Assembly (NCBI GenBank): GCA_937910355.1
Contig: CALEPA010000116.1
Location: 1 to 25,060, forward strand
Length of the DNA: 25,060 nt
Direction: 5' to 3'
DNA from: an uncultured Fidelibacterota bacterium
GTDB taxonomy: Bacteria; Fidelibacterota; Marinisomatia; Marinisomatales; TCS55
The translations under genes were made by a program, and so were the position numbers. Of the stretch, positions 8,960 to 17,700 are shown one piece after another. The notes beneath the pieces are model-generated. The model searched no databases. It worked only from the letters and a program-made list of their open reading frames with translations, and was not told the origin of the DNA. Position 1 is the first letter of the stretch; every line of letters begins with the position of its first letter.

Positions 8960-11355
8960 TTCCTGCTTAACCAGGACCGCAATAATTTTAATTTCTTCTT
9001 TTCGCGGTTATGATCGTCGTCGTAATAGTAATATTTATAATTATAATTATATCCATATGCTTTGGGTTTTTCGGCTTGATTATAAGCAAAACCAAGCAAT
9101 TTTGAACCGGTTCTCTCCAAATTTTGAATTGTTTTTTGAATGTCGTCAATTTTTGTTTGCTCTGCCTTGATTGTCAAGACTACTGCATCACAAATTGATG
9201 CTAACAAAATAGCATCGGAAACAGCTATAATTGGGGGAGAATCAAATATCAGAAGATCATAATTTTGTGTCATACTATTAATAATTTTTTTGAATATTTG
9301 CGAAGATAAAACATATGACGGGTTAGGAGGAATTTTCCCCGACGTGAATAAATGAAGATTCGGAATGCCGGTTTTTCGAATAATATCTTCAGTTGATTCA
9401 TAGATATATTGATCTATAAAATTAAGCAATTCGGATTTTGATCTGTTTTCATTAGTTATTATTTTTGATGTTAAAGTTATATGATTTTTTATTATTTTTT
9501 TATTAATAACCATATTTAGGTCTTTATTATTCTCAAAATTATCAATATCCGTATCTTTCATGACTTCATTTAAAGAAATGATGCTATTTACTAATCCGGG
9601 TTCTCGTTTTTGATTAAACAATAGATGCAACATAGGTCTTCTGAAGTCAGCATCAATTATTAGTGTTTTGATTCCTGACTGAGCCGCGGCTATAGAGAGA
9701 TTTGCGGCAATTGTCGATTTTCCTTCAGATGGATTGGAACTTGTAATTAAAATCTTTTTAAGCGGTTTATCCAGACTTGAAAATTGAATATTCGTTTTAA
9801 GAGTGTGAAAAGACTCTGAAATAGGAGATTTGGGATTAAGAATAGTAATTAGTGTTTTATCAAACTTGGTTTTATTTTTCTCCCCATTGTTCTTTTGAAT
9901 ATCTTTATTTCGAATAAATGGTATAGTAGCTAAAACACTTCTATTTGTTAAACTTTCTAGCTCCTCTGCAGATTTTACACTATCATTCATAAATTCAGTT
10001 ACAAAAATCCATGTGCCGCCTAATAACATTCCAACAAATAGGCCCAATATAATGTTTAATGCTTTTCTTGGTTCAATGGGTGAACCTGGTTTTCTTGCGG
10101 GGTCTATCACTCGAATATTCCCAATTTTTTGTGCTTGGGCTATTTTCATTTCTTCATATTTTTGTAATAACATGGTATATAATTGTTCATTTACATTTTT
10201 ATTGCGAATAAGGCGTGATAATTCTAATTCTTTTTCGGGTACCGATTTTAAGCTAAAATTATAATTATCTATAATTTTATGTAATGCAGCTTCTTGTGCT
10301 TTATATGTTTGAATTTCAATATCTAATGAAATTGTTTCTTCCAAAAATTTTTCTATCTGAGATATAGGATCAATAATATTTTGACCCTGTGCAAGCTTCA
10401 TGGTTTCTCGTTTTAAGTTTTCTTTTGTTTGTTCAATCTTATCCCTTAATTGAATCATTTTGGGATGATTCTTGGCATAGTTTTTAACTTTTAGCGTGGT
10501 ATATTGTATTTCCAAATCGACAAGACTTTCTTTTAATTTTTGAACCCAGGGACTGGTTACTTGTGTAATATTAGGAACTAGATCCTTCCTCTGCTTCTTG
10601 ATTTTTTCTTTAATATATTTTAGGCGACTTTCAGTAGATTCTCTGTTTGATTTCGTCTCATTTAAAAGGACCTCGGCGTTTGTAATTCGTTGAAAAATCT
10701 GAATAGATTCCTGATCTGGCGATATAGAAATCTTGTTTTTCTCCTTATAGTTCTTCAAAGCAATTTCAGCATTATCCAATTTTGATTTATATCTTTCCAA
10801 TTGTCCCTTAATCATTGTAATCGCATTGCTTGTTTCTTCTCTTTTTATTAATAAACTTCGTTTTTCAAGAACGTTAGTAATAGTATTTCCGATCAACATT
10901 GCAAGCTCCGGATCGGAAGCTTTTACTTTAATTTCAATAATATCTGAACCTTGTACAGGTTTTGCCGATATGTTTCCGTGAATCTTAGAGCTGATATATC
11001 TGATTTTATTGAAATTATTGGGTATTTCTTTAAAGTATGAAATTTTGCTACTATATCGTTTTGATAATTCTTTTGCCACATCATCAGCCAAAGATTTGCT
11101 CTTGATCTCTTCAATTTGATTTGCAATAAATGATTTATCATTTCTGAAAGAAAATGAATTGTTTACGGCAAACTGGCTCGCTTGCCGATCGAATAGAATT
11201 AATGTCGAGGATTGATAAATCGGGGTTGCGGTGCTATTGTAGTAAATAATGGGCAATAAAACTCCCAATAGACCGGCAATTAAAATCCATCTGTTATTTA
11301 GGATAATTTGAATATAATTATTCAAATTCATTTCATCATTTTTTTTGTTCTTCAT
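8956..11355 (-). CDS. wzc: Polysaccharide co-polymerase / tyrosine autokinase (Wzc/EpsB/GumC family, PCP-2a)
   Basis: It has an N-terminal TM segment plus a Wzz-like region, a long coiled-coil periplasmic segment and a second TM. The C-terminal BY-kinase carries Walker A (SSNPSEGKSTIAANL), A' (LIIDADFRRP) and B (LLIFDSPP). The tail is Tyr-rich: YGYNYNYKYYYY. Confidence 0.85.
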   Translation of the reverse strand: MKNKKNDEMNLNNYIQIILNNRWILIAGLLGVLLPIIYYNSTATPIYQSSTLILFDRQASQFAVNNSFSFRNDKSFIANQIEEIKSKSLADDVAKELSKRYSSKISYFKEIPNNFNKIRYISSKIHGNISAKPVQGSDIIEIKVKASDPELAMLIGNTITNVLEKRSLLIKREETSNAITMIKGQLERYKSKLDNAEIALKNYKEKNKISISPDQESIQIFQRITNAEVLLNETKSNRESTESRLKYIKEKIKKQRKDLVPNITQVTSPWVQKLKESLVDLEIQYTTLKVKNYAKNHPKMIQLRDKIEQTKENLKRETMKLAQGQNIIDPISQIEKFLEETISLDIEIQTYKAQEAALHKIIDNYNFSLKSVPEKELELSRLIRNKNVNEQLYTMLLQKYEEMKIAQAQKIGNIRVIDPARKPGSPIEPRKALNIILGLFVGMLLGGTWIFVTEFMNDSVKSAEELESLTNRSVLATIPFIRNKDIQKNNGEKNKTKFDKTLITILNPKSPISESFHTLKTNIQFSSLDKPLKKILITSSNPSEGKSTIAANLSIAAAQSGIKTLIIDADFRRPMLHLLFNQKREPGLVNSIISLNEVMKDTDIDNFENNKDLNMVINKKIIKNHITLTSKIITNENRSKSELLNFIDQYIYESTEDIIRKTGIPNLHLFTSGKIPPNPSYVLSSQIFKKIINSMTQNYDLLIFDSPPIIAVSDAILLASICDAVVLTIKAEQTKIDDIQKTIQNLERTGSKLLGFAYNQAEKPKAYGYNYNYKYYYYDDDHNREKKKLKLLRSWLSRK

Positions 11356-11358
11356 ATG

Positions 11359-11925
11359 CTAACCACTTATTCTTGAGTACCAATACCATACTTGTATAAT
11401 AATTGCTATTTGGGAAATGACCTTTATTATAGTTTGCCATTTGTACCAGGTGTTTTGTTTTACCATAACAACATCCCCTGGCTTCAAAACAGGCAATGAA
11501 TTTGAATTATTATTATTAAGATAGCTTTTAAGATTAACACGCATTATATTTTTTTCATATGGGTTTTCTTTGTGATTAGATGCTGTTTGTGGTTTTGAAA
11601 ATGTGGGAACTTCTTTTCTTGTTAAAGTGATGTTCTTAAGATTTGCGAATGCAGTTGGGCCCCCCGCTCTTGAAATTAACTCTAAAACATTTGTTCCGTC
11701 TGGCACTAAATATTCTCCTGGACGGGCCACTTCTCCCCATACATGTACTTGGATCATGAGTCTTTCCCCGGGGCCAATTTGGTATTGATCTAGCTGAGAT
11801 TGCTTTTCCTGGGGATATGTATTACTGAATGATAGCATGAGAATGACTAAAAAAATGATGGAATCAATAGTTCTCCATTTTGTTTCTGAGGCTTGCCTGG
11901 TCAGTCCCAATCTCAAAAATCTCAT
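11359..11925 (-). CDS. wza: Polysaccharide export outer-membrane protein (Wza/KpsD family, short form)
   Basis: It has a signal peptide, then ...PGERLMIQVHVWGEVARPGEYLVPDGTNVLELISRAGGPT..., and ...LKPGDVVMV at the C-terminus, which match Poly_export plus an SLBB domain. Its stop is 3 bp from the wzc start. Confidence 0.75.
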   Translation of the reverse strand: MRFLRLGLTRQASETKWRTIDSIIFLVILMLSFSNTYPQEKQSQLDQYQIGPGERLMIQVHVWGEVARPGEYLVPDGTNVLELISRAGGPTAFANLKNITLTRKEVPTFSKPQTASNHKENPYEKNIMRVNLKSYLNNNNSNSLPVLKPGDVVMVKQNTWYKWQTIIKVISQIAIIIQVWYWYSRISG

Positions 11926-11944
11926 TTTTTATCTTTTCCTATCC

Positions 11945-12322
11945 TCAGTTTAAATTATTACCATTAAGAACAATTAAATCCTTTAGGAATTTGTACTGAT
12001 ACAAATCAATGGGCTTTAAAAGACGCAACAAAATTCCTTCCTCCATAATGCGTTTGCTTTTTTCAAAGTCATCTTTCTCAGCAATATAAATAATCGGAAT
12101 ACGAGGGCGACTGCGCCTAATTATTTGAATCAACTCTTCTCCGGATAGCCCTTCAAGGTATTGATCTACAATGAGAAAATCATAATCATTATCAAGTATT
12201 TCTAAAATCACCTTGTGACCATGTCGGATAGTTTCAATTCTTAGGCTCTCTTTCTCGAAATATTTGACAATGTCAATTTCTAATTGCCGATCACACGTTG
12301 CAAGTAAAATTGATTTGGTCAT
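11945..12322 (-). CDS. Stand-alone CheY-like receiver (REC) domain protein, probably atypical or degenerate
   Basis: At 125 aa it has the (beta/alpha)5 receiver length. It conserves the phospho-acceptor-like Asp (FLIVDQ) and the Lys (LLKP). The N-terminal acidic pair reads LLATCD rather than the usual DD, and the Thr/Ser position is not obvious. It is the first gene of the polysaccharide operon. Confidence 0.5.
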   Translation of the reverse strand: MTKSILLATCDRQLEIDIVKYFEKESLRIETIRHGHKVILEILDNDYDFLIVDQYLEGLSGEELIQIIRRSRPRIPIIYIAEKDDFEKSKRIMEEGILLRLLKPIDLYQYKFLKDLIVLNGNNLN

Positions 12323-12369
12323 TTTAAACCTTTTATACGGTAAGTATTAGGCCTTTTAGTCGTCATAAG

Positions 12370-12384
12370 TCAATTTCCATGCCA
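12370..12384 (-). promoter_or_regulatory. Candidate sigma54 (-24/-12) promoter for the polysaccharide operon
   Basis: The minus strand reads TGGCATG-gaaa-TTGA against the consensus TGGCACG-N4-TTGCW. The GG-to-G spacing is correct and the site lies about 50 bp upstream of the REC gene start codon. The -12 position has A instead of the near-invariant C, so this is tentative. Confidence 0.25.
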
Positions 12385-12510
12385 GACGTTATTGCTTTCG
12401 TAACATATTGATAATTAAAGTAATTAATTTAATCGGCTTTTGGGAATGAAAGGGAAATTGTAACGAAGATGAAACTTTTTGGAATCTTGCGGTCTTTTGT
12501 GTGGATATAA

Positions 12511-12530
12511 ATGTAACAATTATGTTACAT
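12511..12530. promoter_or_regulatory. Perfect 8-4-8 inverted repeat ATGTAACA-atta-TGTTACAT, a candidate dimeric transcription-factor or enhancer site
   Basis: The palindrome was read directly from the sequence. It lies about 140 bp upstream of the candidate -24/-12 element and about 190 bp upstream of the operon start codon. A further TGTAAC half-site is at 12559-12564. Confidence 0.35.
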
Positions 12531-13190
12531 TTGAAACATTTGCTTAACAAGTGATGCTTGTAACTGGAGGCATTGGAAAAGATTGTTTCAATCGGAGAAG
12601 AATAATATTTAATACCATCCAGTTTTACAAATCGTGACTAAAGATTAAAATGCAGAAATCAACCTATTAAAACAGCGATTTTGAAGTAGTCGTTATTGCC
12701 AGTTTTTTTGCACCCTACATCTCATTTGAATTCAGATCAGGTTATAGGAAATCAGTTTAACGGCCAGGTGCAGGGTTATCTTGTTCAACTCGATGCTTGA
12801 CAGGTCCGACAATCCGAGGAAATTTTCTTTGTCAAACCAGAATTCAACCTCATCGATTTGAATATGTTTCGATGGCCTCTTCCCCGGTTTTGCCATCATC
12901 ATTGGTGAGGCAGCCGTAAAGTGTCCGTACTCTGTCCGCAATCTCATCTACCATAATGAGTCGTACAGCTTCGCAATAATGGCAGATTTTGGTTTTGACG
13001 GAGGTCACTCCCAATGTGGCTGTTAACCGCCGAAATGACTCCAACGGGATTTTGTCTATTATTAGAATATTCTATCGATAGCTTCTTAATAGATTTCAGG
13101 GGTAATAAATCCCGCTTCAAAATCGCTGTAAATGTAATACAATTCTGGTATTGACATTCCGGGATAAATAAGGTGTTGTTATCTTCCGGG

Positions 13191-13210
13191 AGACTAAGAG
13201 AGTCTTTTTA
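13191..13210 (+). terminator. Short hairpin followed by a T-run (AGACT-aagag-AGTCT-TTTTT), intrinsic-terminator-like, reading on the plus strand
   Basis: It is visible in the sequence. The stem is only 5 bp. There is a perfect TTGACA about 40 bp upstream (13151-13156) but no convincing -10 element. There is no annotated plus-strand gene here. Confidence 0.15.
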
Positions 13211-13256
13211 ATTCTAACAATCGGACGCTTTATTTACGGATGGGATTTCGTAAAAT

Positions 13257-14603
13257 TCATTTTACATTTACGCCCACCTCATACTTTTTCATCCGGTACA
13301 GGAGCACATGCCTGGGAATCCCCAGAAATTCTGCGGCTCTGGTCTTGTTCCCATGGGATTTCTGCAGTGCGTTTTCGATGGCTTGTTTTTCAATTTCAGG
13401 GAGTGTCTCTCGGGGAACAGCAGAAAAAGCGCGCGTCCCTTTACCGGTCCGCACCTCCTGTGCCAATAAATTTGAACTAATCCTTTGATCCGGACTGAGT
13501 ACAATTACGCGCTCAATCACATTTTCCAGTTCCCGCACATTTCCGGGCCAATCGTACGCTTCCAGAAAGGTCAATACGTCCGGATCTATTTTATATTTCA
13601 CTCCGTTGCCGTGTTTCTGGATGAAGTGATGGACGAGCGGCACAATGTCCTCCCGTCTCTCCCGCAACGGCGGTATTTCAATTGGGAGCACGCGCAGACG
13701 ATAGTACAAATCCTCACGAAATGAGCCCTCAGCGACCATTTGGTCCAGATTTTTATTGGTCGCCGCCACAATACGCACATCCACAGAAATGGGCCTGTTT
13801 TCTCCAACCCGTTCAATCTCCCGCTCCTGCAGCACGCGAAGCAGTTTGGCCTGCAAATCAACCTTCAAATCCCCAATCTCATCCAAAAACAACGTCCCGC
13901 CATTTGCCATTTCAAATTTTCCCTGCCGGTCCTTCATCGCTCCCGTAAACGCGCCTTTCACATGCCCGAATAATTCACTTTCTATTAATTGCTCCGGGAT
14001 AGACGGGCAATTCACCGTCACAAAAGGACCGTTTTTTCGGGGACTATTCACATGAATGGCTCGCGCAAGCAGCTCTTTTCCCGTACCGCTTTCGCCGAAA
14101 ATAAACACCGTGGAGTCACTGAGGGCGACACGAGTCGCCATTTGAATCAGCGTCTCCATCACCGGACTTCTTCCCACCAGACGTTCAAATCCGAATTTTG
14201 TGGAAACCTCCATTTTTAACCGGCGATTTTCCTGCCTGAGCTGCCTGAATTGAAGCGCTTTCTCGATGACAAACCGCATGGCTTCCTTTCCAAAAGGTTT
14301 GATCAGGTAATCATCCGCCCCGATTTTTGAAGCTTCCACGGCGCCGTCCACAGAACCATATGCCGTAATAATTATAAAAATAATATTTTTATCAATTTTT
14401 CGAACTTCCCGCAGAACTTCCATGCCGGTCATTCCCGGCATATTTATGTCTGATAAAATCACCTCATGGTCACCGGATTTAAACTTTCGCAGTCCTTCCT
14501 CACCGGAAAGAGCGATTTCCACCCGAAATCCCATTTGTTTGAGTTGGTGGGCAATCACACGACAAAGGCTTTCGTCATCATCGATAATTAAAATTCGAGT
14601 CAT
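13257..14603 (-). CDS. Sigma54-dependent response regulator (NtrC/Fis family bacterial enhancer-binding protein: REC + AAA+ + Fis-type HTH)
   Basis: The REC domain has DDDES and the phospho-acceptor ILSDINMPGM. The AAA+ domain has Walker A GESGTGKE, the sigma54-contact GAFTGA loop and Walker B LFLDEIGDL. The C-terminus has a Fis-type HTH (TRAAEFLGIPRHVLLYRMKKY). No histidine kinase gene is adjacent. Confidence 0.9.
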   Translation of the reverse strand: MTRILIIDDDESLCRVIAHQLKQMGFRVEIALSGEEGLRKFKSGDHEVILSDINMPGMTGMEVLREVRKIDKNIIFIIITAYGSVDGAVEASKIGADDYLIKPFGKEAMRFVIEKALQFRQLRQENRRLKMEVSTKFGFERLVGRSPVMETLIQMATRVALSDSTVFIFGESGTGKELLARAIHVNSPRKNGPFVTVNCPSIPEQLIESELFGHVKGAFTGAMKDRQGKFEMANGGTLFLDEIGDLKVDLQAKLLRVLQEREIERVGENRPISVDVRIVAATNKNLDQMVAEGSFREDLYYRLRVLPIEIPPLRERREDIVPLVHHFIQKHGNGVKYKIDPDVLTFLEAYDWPGNVRELENVIERVIVLSPDQRISSNLLAQEVRTGKGTRAFSAVPRETLPEIEKQAIENALQKSHGNKTRAAEFLGIPRHVLLYRMKKYEVGVNVK

Positions 14604-14710
14604 TTTTTCTTCCTCTGATTTTTAACCATATTAACAAAATTACACCTTACGGGGTGTGCTAAATTAAATTTGTTTTTCATTCCTAAATTCGTGCCAGCGG
14701 TACAACGTTT

Positions 14711-17700
14711 TTACCCGCTGTTTCCGCTGGTACGCGCCATTTTTAAAAAATAAGAGAGTAAGATTCTCTGCTGCTCCTGCGTGAGCGCTTCTTCATCCAA
14801 TTTTAAAATTTTCTCCATATCGCGAAGTGCCAGCAGCACCTCTTCGGGAATGTCCTTCATCGTTTCCGGAAGGTAGAGCAAAAACTGAACTGCCGTGAGC
14901 AGAAACTGCCGCATGCTGTCGTCCACAATATTGCGCAGCATGTCATTAATCTGGGTTGCCAGCCGGGTTACGCGCCCCCGGGAAACGCCGCTGCCGCGCA
15001 ATTGAAATGCGGCTTCACGCGTGAACAGCGATTTAACCGCCTTTGCCAGCTCGATGAAACTTCTCACCTGTTCGGAAATAGGCTTCTCAAGCATCTCCCA
15101 CATCTTTTTCCTGCTCTCACCAATAATACGCCGTTTGTCAAATTCTTCCTGAAATGCCCTGCGCCACTTTTCAGACAGCCGATTCGCAGGAAAAGCGGCA
15201 TCCGCTTCCCAGTTGAAAATATCCCGCTGTAAAAGGACTGCCAAATCAGGACGTAGGTACGGAAGCAGTTCATCGATTTTTTTTCGGCAGGGAATTTGCC
15301 CTTTTGTTAAAACGCCGCTTTTGCGCAGCAGCTCTTCCTGAAACAGAGGGATAAAATCTTTTAAAATCGATTGTTCTTCCTTCAAAGCTTTTAGTGCTGA
15401 ATTACCCGGAGGAAACGCATCTTCGATTCGTTTTAAAAAAATCAGATCCGGATCGTGATATAAACGCAGTGTGTTTAAAATATCGCGAACCGGCAGGTGC
15501 GGTAAAATATGCAGCCGGAATTGCTCTGTCCGCTTCGCACCCTCCATTTCCAGAAATTGATACAAAGACAAGAACAAACCTGTCGTAAATTGGTTTACTC
15601 CCAGCAAAAATGTCTGCGCCTTGTTATGTCCGATTGCCCGAAGCATGGTGCCGTGTGTGGCCAGGGGCAGTGTATTAGACAGGCGTTCCAGAATTTCACG
15701 GCTCCTGTCCAGGACCGGCTCTCTGCTGGGACGCACGGTCGGACGATCCCGCAGGGGCAAAAGTGTGCGGGACAGAAAATAAGACACCACATGGATGCCG
15801 GTCATGTCTTCGGGCCGGCCATAAACAATCTGCGTAAAATTGGATTTAACATAATCCAAAAATTCCACGAATATTTCATCATCTTCACGGCGAACCACAG
15901 AGCTCAGCTTTTGCCAGACGGCCGGATCACTCTCGGGAAGCTGCGAAGCTTTTACAAAGACGCGGTTCCAGTAGTCAACCTGTTTGGTACGGATGTTGTG
16001 AAATACATCGGCCAGCTCTCCCGCGGGGAGGTTTCGCAGCCGTTCCATCACATTGGACTGGAATGTACGGAAATCACTGTGACTCAAAATGCCCATCAAT
16101 GGAGAACGCGCTCGCCGAAAGGAACGCAATTCCAGGGCATCCATTTTTGATTGAAACGCTTCGTTTGCAAACACTTCATCCCGGAACACCGGACTTCCGC
16201 CGGTGGGATCGTAGTACCCCCCCTGACGCTGCGGCGATTCCCCTGATCCGAATTTGATCCGAATTTTGCCCAACAAGTCTTTCTTCCACATCCAGCGATT
16301 AAGCAGATCGCGGGCATCCTGATACAATGAATACGCTTTAAGCTGTCCCACCTGCTGGCTGAGATCCGAACCGGCAATGAAAAATTCACCCATAATCTCA
16401 CAGAATCGATCTTGCGGCCGCTGCCTTAATTTTCGGCTTTTTTCGGCATATTCCCAGATTTCATCCAAAAATTCAGGAATTTTCTGAATGGCCTCCAACT
16501 CCTCAAAGAGCGGCACAATTCGAATATCCGGTAAATTGAGCTCAGGATTTTTGTGTAACACCCGTTCCTTTTCTTCACAAAGTTTCCGGTAAAGTGTCAA
16601 AATGGCATGCGGATTGCCGGCCATGCTGACCTGAATAGCCAGCACCAATCCCTCGTACCCGTACAAACTTCCCAGAACATTTAATTCAACAAGATTATAA
16701 ACCGTAGTGTTAACCGTAAATTGATCTTTATCTAAAATGATTTTTTGGTGAATTCTGGGCGTCAGGTAAAACCGTTTTAAATAATTTTTGTAGAAGCTCA
16801 TAAAGAAAAGCCATTTTTCAGATTGCAGTTTTTCCCGATTGCGAAGCGTCACGTCTTTCGCAATCCGGATAAGCGTCTGATTGATCTCAAACAACCGCCT
16901 CATTTCAGACGAACGCTGCCGGCGGTATTGCTGCATCCGGCGTTCATTCCGGTCGTTATGTTTCCAGAGTGTTTTCAGCGGATCGCGCAGAAGCCTCAAT
17001 TTTCGTAAAAAACGCTTCAATCTTCCGATGGCATATTCCAGCGGAATCGTTTTTCGGTATTTTTCTTCCAGACGGCTGGTTAACTGAGTGATTTTTTGCA
17101 GAATTTTTCGGAAATTTTCGATCTGTTTCTCAATGGATCCAATCGCCTGCAAGGCACGTTCTTCATCCTGTGTTAATAATTGTTCATTTTGAAAGAGTTT
17201 AATCTGCAGCGCCAGCGCCCGAATATTGGCAATTAAAGGGCCTGAGATCAACGTGTGCCCTTGACCGCTGGGCCGGGTGCTGCCGTCCCAATCACCCCAG
17301 AACGACAGGGCGATGTGTTCACTTTCACCGGTAAAAATCTCGCCATAATTTTCTGCAAGGTGCAGCGCTTCAAAATCGCATACAACTTCCTCAGCTTCCA
17401 TCTGAGAAGAGATCGGCACATTTTCTCCCACGAATTCGTACACCAATTCCCGAAAGAGTTTTGAAACGGGAACAGATTCATATATTTCAGGAAGAACGCT
17501 GTTTTTTGCCATCTGTATGAAAAGCTGCTCCACACGAATCGAGTACATCTGCGTCGGATGAACCGTCCGGTCAAACAGGCGCTTCGTAAATTCGTCTCGT
17601 CGACTTTCAAGATCTTCGCCGTGCAGTTCCTGAAGAAACTTCCGGAACAGGGTTTCCCTGAAAACAGGATGTTTCTGTTTTAAACGAACCGCTTCCTTTA

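Noticed and set aside
12780-12840. GTTCAA / GAATTCAACC T-loop-like strings suggesting a tRNA
   Set aside because: No acceptor, D or anticodon stems could be paired around them. They fall within the short degenerate ORFs.
12990-13040. Plus-strand TGGCTG-ttaa-CCGCC with GG/GC spacing of a sigma54 promoter
   Set aside because: It is on the plus strand pointing into the 3' end of the minus-strand regulator gene, with no downstream plus-strand gene. The -12 region is CCGC, not TTGC.
12732-13044. Two overlapping short minus-strand ORFs (71 and 64 aa)
   Set aside because: They have no recognisable family motifs, overlap each other out of frame, and sit in a compositionally transitional non-coding stretch. 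They are not called as genes. They are noted in the findings as a possible gene remnant.
13240-14625. Several plus-strand ORFs of 60-100 aa
   Set aside because: They are embedded antisense in the well-supported sigma54 regulator gene. They are GC-rich antisense frames and typical spurious ORFs.
14672-14689. Perfect sigma54 -24 heptamer TGGCACG (minus strand) upstream of the regulator gene
   Set aside because: The -12 position reads TAGG with no GC dinucleotide at the correct spacing, so it is probably a chance heptamer. This differs from the 12370-12384 candidate, where only one -12 base deviates.
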